Below are positions 16,781 through 29,005 of a stretch of DNA of 64,000 nucleotides, one piece after another. The position numbers and the translations under genes were made by a program. Every line of letters begins with the position of its first letter. Position 1 is the first letter of the stretch. The stretch is taken from NCBI RefSeq assembly GCF_009914755.1, contig NC_060939.1; one strand, written 5' to 3'. A model generated the notes under the pieces. The model was not told the origin of the DNA. It did no database searches and saw nothing but the letters and a program-made list of their open reading frames with translations. Source of the DNA: the human T2T-CHM13v2.0 reference genome, Homo sapiens.

Positions 16781-19700
16781 TGTTCATTACCATCTTCATC
16801 ATTATCATCATCACCTTCACAATAATCTCAATACTTCTAGCCACAGCCTTTGCAACAAGCTCCTAGGCCCCCTTGCATCAGGGTCCCACTGTACCCTTCT
16901 AGGGGTAGCCAGGGCTTTCAAAGAACTTTTACTAAGACTCCTTTGGACTTTCAAGACATTCTCCAATTTCCACGGAGCTACATTGGTAGCTATGCTTCTA
17001 TTCTCCCAACTGAGAAAATGTGAAATAACAAATGCCCCCATGAATTCAATAACACCTTTGAATGACCACGTAATTTACCAAACACAAAGGTGTATACACA
17101 CATTTGAAAAATAGGTCTCTCTTTTTCTGTGGGAGGGGTTATTTTTCTTGTCAGCCAATGATGAGGATGAATGGACTCCTCCCAGGAGCCTCCTCTCTGA
17201 CCTGGGGCTACCTCCTTCACACTTAGAGCCTGTCTGCTTGAGTGTGGACTCGTATTACTCCAAGGCTAAGGACCAAAGTCCTTGTCATGGCTGACAAGGC
17301 CCTGCATGGTCTGACTTTATGCCTTGTCCACCTCTTCCACCTCATTTTTCCACTTAGCCCCTTGTTTTCTGTTCTTAGCTATCCTGGCCCTCTTTCAGTC
17401 CCTGAATATGCCCTGCTCCTTCCTCCCATTTCAAGGCCTTTGTACTTTCTTTTACCTCTGCCTGGAATGTTCTTTCCCCTATTTTTTAATCTCATTACTT
17501 CAGACTTATCCCCCTAGTCCAGGCGGGATATTTTTGGTTGCAAGAGACTAAAAACCAGACCCAAAGTGACTTAAGCAAAAGCAGAAATTAAAAGTCCAAG
17601 CATAGTTAGTTCTGACTTCAGGTATGTCTCTATCCGGGGCTCAACCATTGACATCAACACCCATTAACTCTAGATTGGCTCATGTGTCCATCTCCAAGCC
17701 AATTGCCATGGCCAGGGAAGCGGCACATGCTAAATATCCCACTCATGAGTTGAAGAAAAATCAGATACAGTTCTAAGAAGGATGAGTGGGTGCTGGGCAT
17801 GCAGACAGTGATCCACTCATGTCTTACTCAGTTCAGGGAAGTGCTCTTGGTGCCCACCCTCCACCCTCCAAGATTAAGTCAGTCCCTACTGCGATACACA
17901 CTCAGAGCTTCCTGTACATCACAGCACTCATCATCTTGTAATTATACGCTCGCGTAGTTGCATGATGTCTGCTTCCTGCACCAGATTATGAGCTCCGTGA
18001 AGTCAGGGGCTGTTTTGTCATCACTGTATTCTCAGTGATGAAAAAGGCATTCAATAAAGAGTACGCATTTTAAGAGATTCATCTGCGACCCTGGGTGTGT
18101 CTAGGCCCAGCCTACTGCCTTGACTTTTCCAGCCGCACCACCATTAAGGTCAGAATCTTCCCCTCCACAGTCTTCTCTTCAAGCAGGCTTGGGGACGCTC
18201 ACACAGGACACATCTCCCCTGACAAGAGAATGACAATTTTCCCATGGGACCTGGCAGGCCTGTGTCCTAGAACTTGGAGTGAATGATTCAGGCCAGCAGA
18301 GGGGACTTGAATCAGGAGGGGAGCCAGGGAGAAAAGGAGGGTCACTTTGGATTAAGAACTTTAAAAAGAGTGATTCACGATCGTTGCGGCTGACATTTAA
18401 AAAGCCTCACATACTTTTGGTAACCAGTGTGCTGCTTTGCATTTTGCCTCACATTTACCCTGGGAATGAAGCAGCCCTCAGTTGCTCTGAGGTAGATCGT
18501 ATTTCGTTTTCTGCTTCTCAAGTATCGGTGATGTTTGGCTCCTCAGTTTCCCATATTTAACTTATTGCCAAAGCTTATTTTCATGGGAGCTCTTGCACAG
18601 TGGAGACATTCTGGGCTTTGGTGTCAGGCAGGCCACGGTTGGCAACCCAACTTTGCCATCTGCTGCATGACCAAGGACAAATTACTTAACCTCTCTGTCT
18701 CCATTTCCTCTCCAATCAAGTAACGATGCTAATGCCAACCTGGCAGGGGTTTGGGGAGGTGTAGATGGGGATGATTCTGTGCAACCTCCAGCTTTAGCCA
18801 AAGCTATGGTGGGATTGTGGAAGGCAGGGGGAGAAGCATGTCTTGTGTGAGGGAGGAGAATGGGGATGCCAGCAGGGCTCAGGTTTTGCTCTGTCCTACC
18901 CTGGTGCAAGTGTTAGTCTGAGTCCTCAAGAGAAAGTCTTGGGCTCCTTGTCCAGATATGGATTCCATAAGACACAGGGCACAAATGGTGTAGCTTTAGG
19001 ATGCAGGAGACAGTGTGGAATGCTCGGTGTGTTGGGGAGTCGGGGATTGTGAGGGAGGTCTTGGAAAAACCAAGCCTCGGTTCCCTGGACGTGTGCTATT
19101 TCCCCACTGAGGCCTGAAACCCAGAGGAACTTCTGGGGCCTCAGCATTTCCCATACCAGGAGTCAGTGCCTGGGGCTCAGCCATTAACATGGTACAGGGC
19201 ATCAGGGTAGGGATAGTGATGGGGTGATCTCACTACCTCCCCTTAGACACCCCCAGATATAACAGGGTGAAACCTTGTTGGAGGCTGGAGGCCTGTGTTA
19301 AGTAGATAGAGGAAGAACCAGAAAAATATGGGTTCTGACTACTCCAGTAATCCCAGGTGAGGCCTGGGTGACTTAGGTTCCATATGAGGGCCAACATAGT
19401 ACTCAGCACTTACTGTGATTTTTGTTATTTTATTTCCCAATTGAGTATTTCTAGAATACAGTAGCAGTGACACATACTTTTTTACTTCAAATCTGGCCAC
19501 TTTAAAGAACTGTTTCGTCTTAATGACTTTTGAGTTGATTCCCAGGCATCTTTGACATAAAGTCATGTCACCTGCAACTAATGATGTTATCTCCAGCCCC
19601 AACATCTGCGTTCCAGTTTCTAACTCATGTCTTATTGCACTTCTCAGAACATCTCGACAACATTAGATAATAGCAGCGATGGTTGTTGCCCCTCATTTTA

Positions 19701-20651
19701 TTTCTAGTTCCATTAGTTATGTTCCAGTAACGTGTTTCTTGCTCTTAGGATATTCAAAAGTACACCTGCCGAGTCCCAGCCCTGAGGAGTGTTTTCGTGC
19801 TTCATTGTTAAGTATCTTGGAGGCTCTCAGCTGGAAATAAATGCTCTTCATTTATTAAAGAAGCATCCTTATATTTTTAAGAGTCTTTGAAAAGAATGAG
19901 TTTTGTGTTTTATTAAGGACATCAGCTCTGGTTCTAAAACAAAACAAAACAAACCAACCTGTGTCTTTATCTGTAAAATGAGCTAAGAGGTATGGAGGAG
20001 CAGCAAAGGTAATAGTAACCACAGACATGTTGAGGGTTAAATGAGCTAACACGTGCCAAGTGCCTGGCAGGGAGTCCAGTAGCATCAGGCTGGCAGGGTC
20101 ATCGCTGTCACAGGTCCCATCCGGGGCTGTCCTGACACACTGCTCCCCTCCTCCAGGCCAGGAGGCCCCAGGCTTCTCCCTTGCTCCTCCCCTAAAATGA
20201 CATGGCCAGCAGGGATCCCAGGGGCCATTAGCCAAGTGCTCTTTTGGAATTTGGCTGAAAGCCACAGGCTGGGCAGTTGGGAGGCTGGATAGACTGGGAT
20301 GAAGACCCCCAGGGAAAGGCCAAAAGCTGGAGGACCTTGGGTGTCCTGGCTGTGCCCATCCAGCTGTGGGACCTCAGCATGTCCCTGGGCCCCTGGGCAG
20401 CCTGTTTCCTGAGGAGATAGTCTCTGAGGCCTGGCCTACCCGCTGGGACCCGCTGAGTGAGACGCAGGGCTGAGCTGGCCCAGAGCACAGTGGGGAGAGG
20501 ACTCTTGTTATATAATAGATAACGACATGGCTTGCTTGAGCAGATCCTGTGAATTTCTCCAGAGCCACCATATTACTCCAACACACTCCCACACTGCTTC
20601 TTTCCTCTACATGCACCTAAATGGTGTGCTTTTTAGGGGGACAGGGATGGG

Positions 20652-21260
<609 letters not shown>

Positions 21261-22323
21261 AGGGTACGAACAGACACCCCCCAGAACACTACCTATTAAG
21301 AACTTCGGACAAGAAACTTCCTTGCTGTCGTAGAAACCAAGAGTGCAGTCATGCGGCTGTGAAGGTGGAAGGTGGGGAATCCCAAAGGCCTTGGTTTCAT
21401 CATCACAGAAAACCTCATCAGGAAGGTCAAGTTGTCGGGACTGTGAGAGTGCTAGTGGCATCTGGGTCCATGTTGCTGAGTTCATCTTGACCTTCCTGTA
21501 TTTTGGGTAGGTGAACCCCTAAGCCCCTAAGTACCTACCTTTGCTAAGCTCAGTGAAATTGGATTTCTGACATTTAAAAATATAGCAGTGTTGAGAATCC
21601 TGGACTTTATCCAGTAATTGGGAGAGGATTTGACTCCCTTGCCTGGTGGGAAGCAGGGTGGAGTCAAGAGGAGAGGGCATGCGGGGTGAGTATTGGGGAC
21701 AGAGCCATTTGTTGGAAGATAAGTCTGAGACTGTGGCAGTTAATAAGGTCATTTTGAGAAAGGGAGTCCATACTGAGGTGTTAATCCAGGGCTCCAGCTG
21801 AACTACAAAAACCAAGGTCTGGAGGGAGATGGATACAGGTGCACACCTGAACTCTGGAGGTAGAACGAGGGTCCTCCCGGGGTTTTACTCCTTTACTATT
21901 CTGGCCCCAGAGGTGCTGCTCCCTCTAAACTTACAGTTTTCCCTTAAGGGTGGTCACTTGGTCCCCCCCTTATCTAAAAAAGGCTGGAACATTCAAGAAC
22001 ACTTTACTAAAGGCTTGGAAGTACCAAGAGAAATAAAGATAAGGGTGCCCATGAATCTGGAGATGACCGAGAGGCCTTTATCTGGAGATGGCTGGACCCC
22101 CCTTTTCTAGGAGCAGAGAGGGGATCCAGGGAGTTCTCCGTTTTAGTCTCTCAGCTTCTGGTGGCCTCTCTCTCTTTCATTTCCCCTCATCCATTCTGGA
22201 GCTGAGGGGGTGAAGGGGATAAAATACCTTTAGATCAAGCAATTCCACTTTTAGTTCATCCTACAGAAAAAGTTACATTCAAGGATGTTCACTGTAGCTG
22301 TAATATTGTAATAGCTGTGCGTG

Positions 22324-22328
<5 letters not shown>

Positions 22329-22360
<32 letters not shown>
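22329..22360. repeat. (GT)16 microsatellite
   Basis: Directly visible; lies within an old L1 3'-end remnant. Confidence 0.95.
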
Positions 22361-22367
<7 letters not shown>

Positions 22368-25300
22368 TTTATGTAGAAACAGGTCTGGAAGCATACAGTC
22401 CAAACTGTTAACAATAGTTACCTCTACGGAAGGAAGGGAGTGGGGAAGGAAGAGAGACTTTCCTTTGCCTCTGTACACTTTATATACTTCTGCTTACTTC
22501 GGATTTTTTTTTTTTTTTACCATTTTTCCATTATGTATTCATGTGTATAATTATAAAATGTGTAATTTAAAAATAATGAAACTTAAAAATCATATTATAC
22601 AAAATTTTGAAAGTTCGAGGAAAGAACATGAAGTCAGATACCATAGATTTGTAGGGCTGTTAATCCCCATGGTAATTTCATTTTTTCCACCAGTTTTCAG
22701 CAGTCTGGGGGCAGGACTGGAGGAAGGTGATGTTAAATGGACCCGGCAGAAGGCAGCTAAGGCACAGGGGCCTAGTTGTTGTTCTAGGCATTTGACATCA
22801 GTGAGCCCATTTACTCTCTGAGGTAGATAGTAGTCCTAGATTTACAGTGGAGGACAGTGGCTGGGAGAGATGAAGTCAGGAGCTCAAGGTCTAATTGATG
22901 GCAGAGCTGGGATTCAGACCTCAGGGTGTGGAGCTCTCTCACTTGTGGCTGCCTCCAGCATGGTTCAATGGGGGAAGGCAAGGAAAGGAAGACAAAGAAC
23001 TGGGTGCAGGTGGCACAGTCTTTGAATGGCTGACCCCTGGGTGGAGACGGAGATCAAGCCAGGAGGGAGAACTGGCTGTACAGAGGCTCAGGTTTAGTAG
23101 AAGAGGTGTGGAAGCAGAATAGGTTTGGATTTTAGACAGGCAAAGCTGTGAGGGACCCGGCATCTGCATGCCTTTAATGAACAGGTGAGGGGGGCCATGA
23201 GGGCTAAGGAGTCTCCTGGGAATGGACTGACCTATAACCCACAAATCTGTGCCAGTCACAGGGGTAGGAGGGAGGCTGGGCCTAGGTCCTTTGGTTTATC
23301 TCCTTTCCCAGCCCCATTGACCTCATGCTCAAGTCCTGGAGTAAGAATTGAAGCAGACATTCAGCTACAAGTCTGAGTCTTGTGGAAGTCAAGCAGTTCG
23401 GGCTGGGGGTCCCTATACCCGGGCAAAATGGATTGGGGCAGCTGGTGAAGCGTGTTCCACTTTGTGCCACGGAATAGTGAGGCTGAACATGGCTGGTGTG
23501 GTGGAGGCAGCCTACCTTCCAGCAGTACTGGGATTGTTCATGAGCCCTCTAGACACCTGGTAGGGATAGGATTCTTTGCAGGGGCCTGGGAGTCTTGGGT
23601 GACTTTGTGGGTGGCACACGCCAGTGAGGTTTGGGTTACTTCTGTCAGTGTGACCCATTTTCAGTCCACTGTCACAGGGTACAGAAGTGTTCAGGGACCT
23701 CAAGGTGCAGGTTAGAGCCAGGGGAGGAGGGGTGGGGTGGAATTGATGTTAGGTGGTTGGAGCTGAGAGGAAGCCTGTGACTTCCTGGAGTGTCCCAGGC
23801 TGAGGTTCTGTGTATGGGAAAAAGTGGGCTGAGACTCCAGAAGCAGGCAGATGACTCCTATTTTTCCTATCTGCTTCTGCATCATTCATAGCCCCAGGTC
23901 TCTAAGTCTAGGGTCCCAAAATTGCAGAACTGGAAATTAGTTACAGCTTTCCGGGAACAGAGAGGGTAAGTGACCAGCTCAGGACAGCACAAGGCAGTCC
24001 GGGCAGTCAGCAAGGTGTGGGGCGGTGCACACGGGGCTTTTCAGGCCAGCTGATCCCCCAGCCCTAGTCCCCAACTCCTTCATTTAGTGCATGGCCCAAG
24101 GACCAACAAGGGAGGCGGGACGCCGAGGTCCTGCCTAGGAGGGGAGGGCCGAGAGGACTAGAGCTGCTTGGAGCCCCAGAAGCGGCAAGGTCAGCGCCGG
24201 GAGTCGTCAAGGCCGTACTTCTCTGCAGGGCGGGGAGGAGAGGTCGCGCTTTAAACTTCCATGAACTCTGTTGGTTCCAAGCATTTTCTCCATGAAGTAT
24301 CCTTTATTTACAAGAGCTCCAGATTCTACCTGGAAAAAAGACCTCTTAAAATTGCAGAGCAAAGGCAGAAAAAAATTATACGATTTAGGCGGAATAAAGA
24401 GTGATGTTTAAAAATCTTTTCCTTTGTTTTTTAAGACATCTTCACCAAGCCAGTAGTACTTTTATAAGGCAGAGAAGCATAAATATTAATATTGCTTAAT
24501 GGGCTTAAACTTGGTAATAGAGCCACGTGCCAGTGGTTCGGGGCAGTTTCGCCAGTAACGTGCTCTCGGGTTACCCTGCTCGGGCCAGAGATCGAGGCTC
24601 CGGGGACCCGGCACCTGAACCTGTGCTGCAGTCCCAGCGCGACAGCAGGGAATCCAGCCCGCAGCACGCCTCCGGGTCTTTGCAGTAGCCTGGCCAAGGC
24701 GGGAGCGGCTGCCTCTCAGGGTCGCTCCAGGGCCGCGCTAGGAAAGGTGTGGACGGTCGGAGAGGACAGGAAGGAGCCGGCTGCACCGCGCCAGGGTCTC
24801 CGCAAACCGGGAGCCCAGGGAGGGCGGGAAGACTGGCGGGGGTCCGAGGCAGCCCGCTACAGGATACGTGATGGACGCCCAGAGACACCGCCCTCCAGCT
24901 GGTGGGGGAGGAGCCCCAGCCACCAAGAAGTTAAGTGACTGGCCCAGTTCACACAGCAAGCTAGTGGCTGTGTGCGTGTCCAGGGTCCTCATGGGCCCCA
25001 GGCCTGCAATGCGTACGCCCCTTCCCCTGGCTCTGCCTTTGGGGTCTCGGACGCCCGACTAGCACTTTGGTTAAAATGAGAGGAGGACGGGCGCCTGCAG
25101 CCTGCCCGGTGCTGTAGCTTTGCGGCCGCCCCGGCGCCTGTGTAATCCGAGGCGTGGCGCGCCAGGTTTTGGCCTGCGAGGGAGCGCACGTGGGCTGCGG
25201 CTTCTCGCGGACGCCCAGGCCCCACCCACCCGGGACCCGGCGCGCGGCGCCCCAGTTTGACTTTCACTACCCCCAAAGGAGGTCTTTCCACCGGCCTCTT

Positions 25301-25935
25301 TTCTGGGTAACAGCTCCAGGGCTCACACTTGGTGACCCCACCGAGGTCAAGTAGCCGCTAAGTTACGGAGCCGGAATTCGAATTTGGCGGTCGGGCTTCT
25401 GGTGGCCTCGGGACGGAGGTGGCTGTGTGTCCCTGGGCAAGTCTCTTTCCTTCTCTGGGTAGCCCAGTCGGGCGCCCCGCCTGTCGTCGCCGCGCATGCT
25501 CAGTTGCGGGCGGCGTCCGGAGGAGGTGGCGGGCGCCCCAGCTGCTTTGCATTGACGCCAGCACCCGCTGGAGGTCACCGCTGGGGGCTCGGCGCGGCAC
25601 GCTGCCGGCAAAACCCGGCCCGGATCACGGAGCCGGAGCCAGAGCCGTACCGCCAGCAACTCCTGGGTGCGCGCAGCCGTTTCTGCGCTTCTCGACGGTG
25701 CGGCCCCAGGCCCCGCTGGAGCCGAGCTGCTCCCCTCCCTACCCTGGCGGACGTGGCCCGGCCGCTCCGAGGGGTTTCCCTCGGACCCCGCGCCTAAACC
25801 CCGGCCAGCGGGAGCGTCTAAGGCTAGCCTTGTACCCCACCGGCACTCGGCCTGGGGGGGCTTTTCCGCGAGGCGGCGGCCCAGCGGGCGGAGCGGCGTG
25901 GGTGTCCACATCTAGGCGGAGTCTGGAGCCGGGGA

Positions 25936-25953
25936 GGCGGCGGCGGCGGCGGC
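25936..25953 (+). repeat. (GGC)6 trinucleotide repeat in the promoter or an upstream 5' exon
   Basis: Directly visible: ggcggcggcggcggcggc. Confidence 0.9.
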
Positions 25954-26406
25954 GGGAGCGGGGCCGGGCGCGGCCGGGAGCTCGCCTCCCCCGGGGGTCG
26001 TGCCGCAGCTCGGCGAGGGCAGCGTGGCTCGCGCGGCGTGGACTCAGCCGCTCCTGGGTAAGGAGAGCGCAAATCTCCTCCCCCTATTTCCCCGGAAGCG
26101 CGGCCGAGGCGAGCCCGGCGATGTGAGAGGCGGCCGTCGGCTCCTGCCTCAGGAAGGGCATGTTCGGAGGGGCGGCCTCGGCACGCCACCCGCCTAAGCG
26201 CCCCCTTCCCACCGCAGCCGCCGCCGCCGCAGCGCCCGCACCGCGATAAAAGGGGCGGCCGCGTTTCCTGACGCGAGATCCGCGCTCGCCGCCGCCCGCC
26301 CAGGCGGCGATGACACGGCGCCCGCGGCGGCCCGGAGGCGCCGGGTGGGCCGTTTGCTGACCGGATCGCGGCTACCCGCCAGCGTGTCCGCGGCGCCGCC
26401 GCCAGC

Positions 26407-26592
26407 ATGGGCTGTGCCCCGAGCATCCACATTTCCGAGCGCCTGGTGGCCGAGGACGCGCCTAGCCCCGCGGCACCGCCGCTGTCGTCCGGCGGGCCGC
26501 GCCTCCCGCAGGGCCAGAAGACGGCCGCCTTGCCCCGGACCCGCGGCGCCGGCCTCTTGGAGTCGGAGCTTCGCGACGGCAGCGGCAAGAAG
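26407..26592 (+). CDS. PDE8A: PDE8A first coding exon (aa 1-62), high-affinity cAMP-specific, IBMX-insensitive phosphodiesterase 8A
   Basis: Translation MGCAPSIHISERLVAEDAPSPAAPPLSSGGPRLPQGQKTAALPRTRGAGLLESELRDGSGKK matches the PDE8A N-terminus as I recall it. Strong Kozak context gccagcATGG; phase-0 donor AAG|GTAAGG at 26592/26593; located in the CpG island. Confidence 0.96.
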
Positions 26593-29005
26593 GTAAGGGG
26601 CGCCGGGCACTCTGGGGCCGCCGCGAAACTCGGGCCCGGCCAGTAAGCAACTTTCCCGCAGGGGCCGGGCGGGGTCCCCCCCACCCGGCCTCGGTGCCCT
26701 CTTGTCCCGCTTTGGATGGTTCTGATTGACGCCAGTCTCCCGCCTTGCCGGGGCAGCGTTCAGAGAAGGACCGACCCAGGTCCCGCGACCCTGATTTCCT
26801 AGGGTTGCGATTAGGACGCCGCCTGTGTCGCGGCGTCGGTTTTTTGGACACACCGACTCCCGGAGCGGCGGGGCCCGATGTGAAGTTGACTGAGGCGCTT
26901 GCATCAATTTCCTCTCCAAGAGCGGGTGTTTGAGGGAAACCCCCAGGATATTCTGGCGCGCCCCTGCAATGTTAAATCAGTGTGAACTTTGTTCTTTTCC
27001 TGTGGTAGAAAGGGAAGGGCGACTGGCCTCACCACTCTTTTCCCTCTGTCAGCTTTGCACATGCAGTTGCAGGTTACCATTTTCTTCGGGACTGCTAGAA
27101 TGTAATCTGGAACATCAGCTTTGCTTCATTGCACATGTATTTGAGGTCCACGTTTATTAGCATACATACTGTATTTAAAGCATATGTAATTAGAAAATAC
27201 TGTGAAACGCGATTTTTGAAGCATTCAGCAGAACAAAGTTAATCTTTTATTAAGCCGACTTACTGGGACATTTTGTGACTGGGGTTTTTTGTTTTTTTAC
27301 ATTGCGTGTCTTCTCCAGCGCATGTTGCCTTGGCTTATGTTTTGTCAAAGTTTCTGGGCTTAGTCTTTGTTGAGGTTTTCTAAAGGAAAGTTAAAAAGGA
27401 AAAAGAAAAACGTGATCATTAAGGCACACAGCAGCAGCTTTCCAGTTCTCTCATTTCAGAATTTAAAGCTGGAACTCATGCGTTGGTTTATGTTTTGTTA
27501 AACCAGTAAAAGACAACAACAACAAAATTCGTGCATGGCTGCAGATTGTTGGCTGTCATCCCTCTCATCACGACCAGTTTTTGAAAGAGTAATTTGCAAA
27601 ATTTGTTTGATTTTTCCTTGCTTGCTGAGAACTGCTGAACCTCCGAAGTTTGAGGGATATAGTTTGATGTACTTTCTGTCTTACATTTCTAGCAGTCGTC
27701 ATGATACTTTTTCTGTACGAAAGGGGAAAGTCTTTTTCAGTGTTGCATAACAGTTGATTTCCCCACCATTCCCATACCCTAAGTGAAAATTCAACTTTGT
27801 TCTGATTATCAGAAATTGAATTCCTTCTCCTATAGATTCTTTAAAGAAACCTCTGATGGTTTAGGCTTACTAACTCAAGGTGCTCTTAATATCAGTGTTA
27901 AGCTGTGTGTTAAGCCTACTTGGCTTTAAAAAAGTGTTACACAGGTGCATATGGAAACTTTAACAGCTTTCAAGTTTTCAGTCCAAATCTAACATTTTGC
28001 AGACTAATGTGATAATTTCAGATTACCAAAGTAGCCCTTTTATAGTGAGGGGCCTTTGTGTCTTACAGGCTTTTTTTGTGGTGGATTGGGTGTCCTAAAA
28101 TTCACCTAGGTGTCTTGTAAGCCTCCCCAGTGCAGCAGCAGCTTGCTCTTGTGCTATCGCAGTGCCGTTAGGTCCCTGAGTTTTTAAGTACTTACTTCAA
28201 CCATTCTTCTGTATTGGCAGACCATTGTCTTGTGTTGGGGGCTCAGAAAATACTTTCATCCTTAAAGTGCCTAACCCAGTGGCATACACATAGTAGGTAC
28301 TAAATAAATGTTTACTGATTTCTTAAAAAATTGTTAACTGATTGATGAAACTTTTTCAGTCATTGGAATTTGATTTCATAAAGCCTCCTATGTAGACTTC
28401 AAAATAATAGTATTTCCAGAGCAGGAGTCAAATTATAAATTATAACACCACAACCACAGAAATAATAGCCCCATACTTGTTATTCATGAACTGTACATGT
28501 TGATATCTCATTTACAGTTATTTGCATTTAGGCATGTCAGATAGTAGAGCAGAGGTAAATGTCAGCATTTTTTCTAGTCTAATATTTTTTCTTTGAAAAT
28601 GAATCTTTTTAAATTTTAAGATATTAACTATGCTCTGGAAATTCATGTTAGAGAAGGCAAACTGCTAGCAATTTAGCAAAATTAAATCATAAAATTAGTT
28701 TCTTTGTATTATCTCAAGATGCAATTTAATTCATTACAAAATTTCTTATTAAAACTGTAAGTCAGCATATCTTTAAGTGAATTTCAACAAGAAATTCATT
28801 GGGGGATGCTTTTATAGTCCTACAGCATTTAGTAAATACCAGTTTATCAGTGTGGGTGGGAGATTGATAACTAATTGCATTTTTAGGTTAAGCAGTATGT
28901 ACTTTGCGTTAAAGTGTATCCTGCATGTGTTCTATGGAACAATATGTGGACTGTTAGTATTGTATGAGAAAAGAGTTCCGTGGTCTGGTAAGTTTTTGGG
29001 AAATA

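Larger units (their letters stand above)
24520..26960. promoter_or_regulatory. PDE8A: CpG island / promoter region of PDE8A
   Basis: Very high GC and CpG density compared with the CpG-depleted flanks; GC boxes (gggcgg), E-boxes CACGTG (24524-24529, 25187-25192), ETS-like CCGGAAG (26092-26098); contains the first coding exon. Confidence 0.93.

Noticed and set aside
26593-26646. ORF continuation after ...GSGKK (VRGAGHSGAAAKLGPGQ*)
   Set aside because: Read-through into intron 1 past the GTAAGG donor.
24431-26919. Multiple long overlapping ORFs (148-286 aa) on both strands
   Set aside because: This is expected stop-codon scarcity in a GC-rich island; the peptides are Arg/Pro/Gly/Ala-rich with no recognisable homology. 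Only 26407-26592 matches a known protein.
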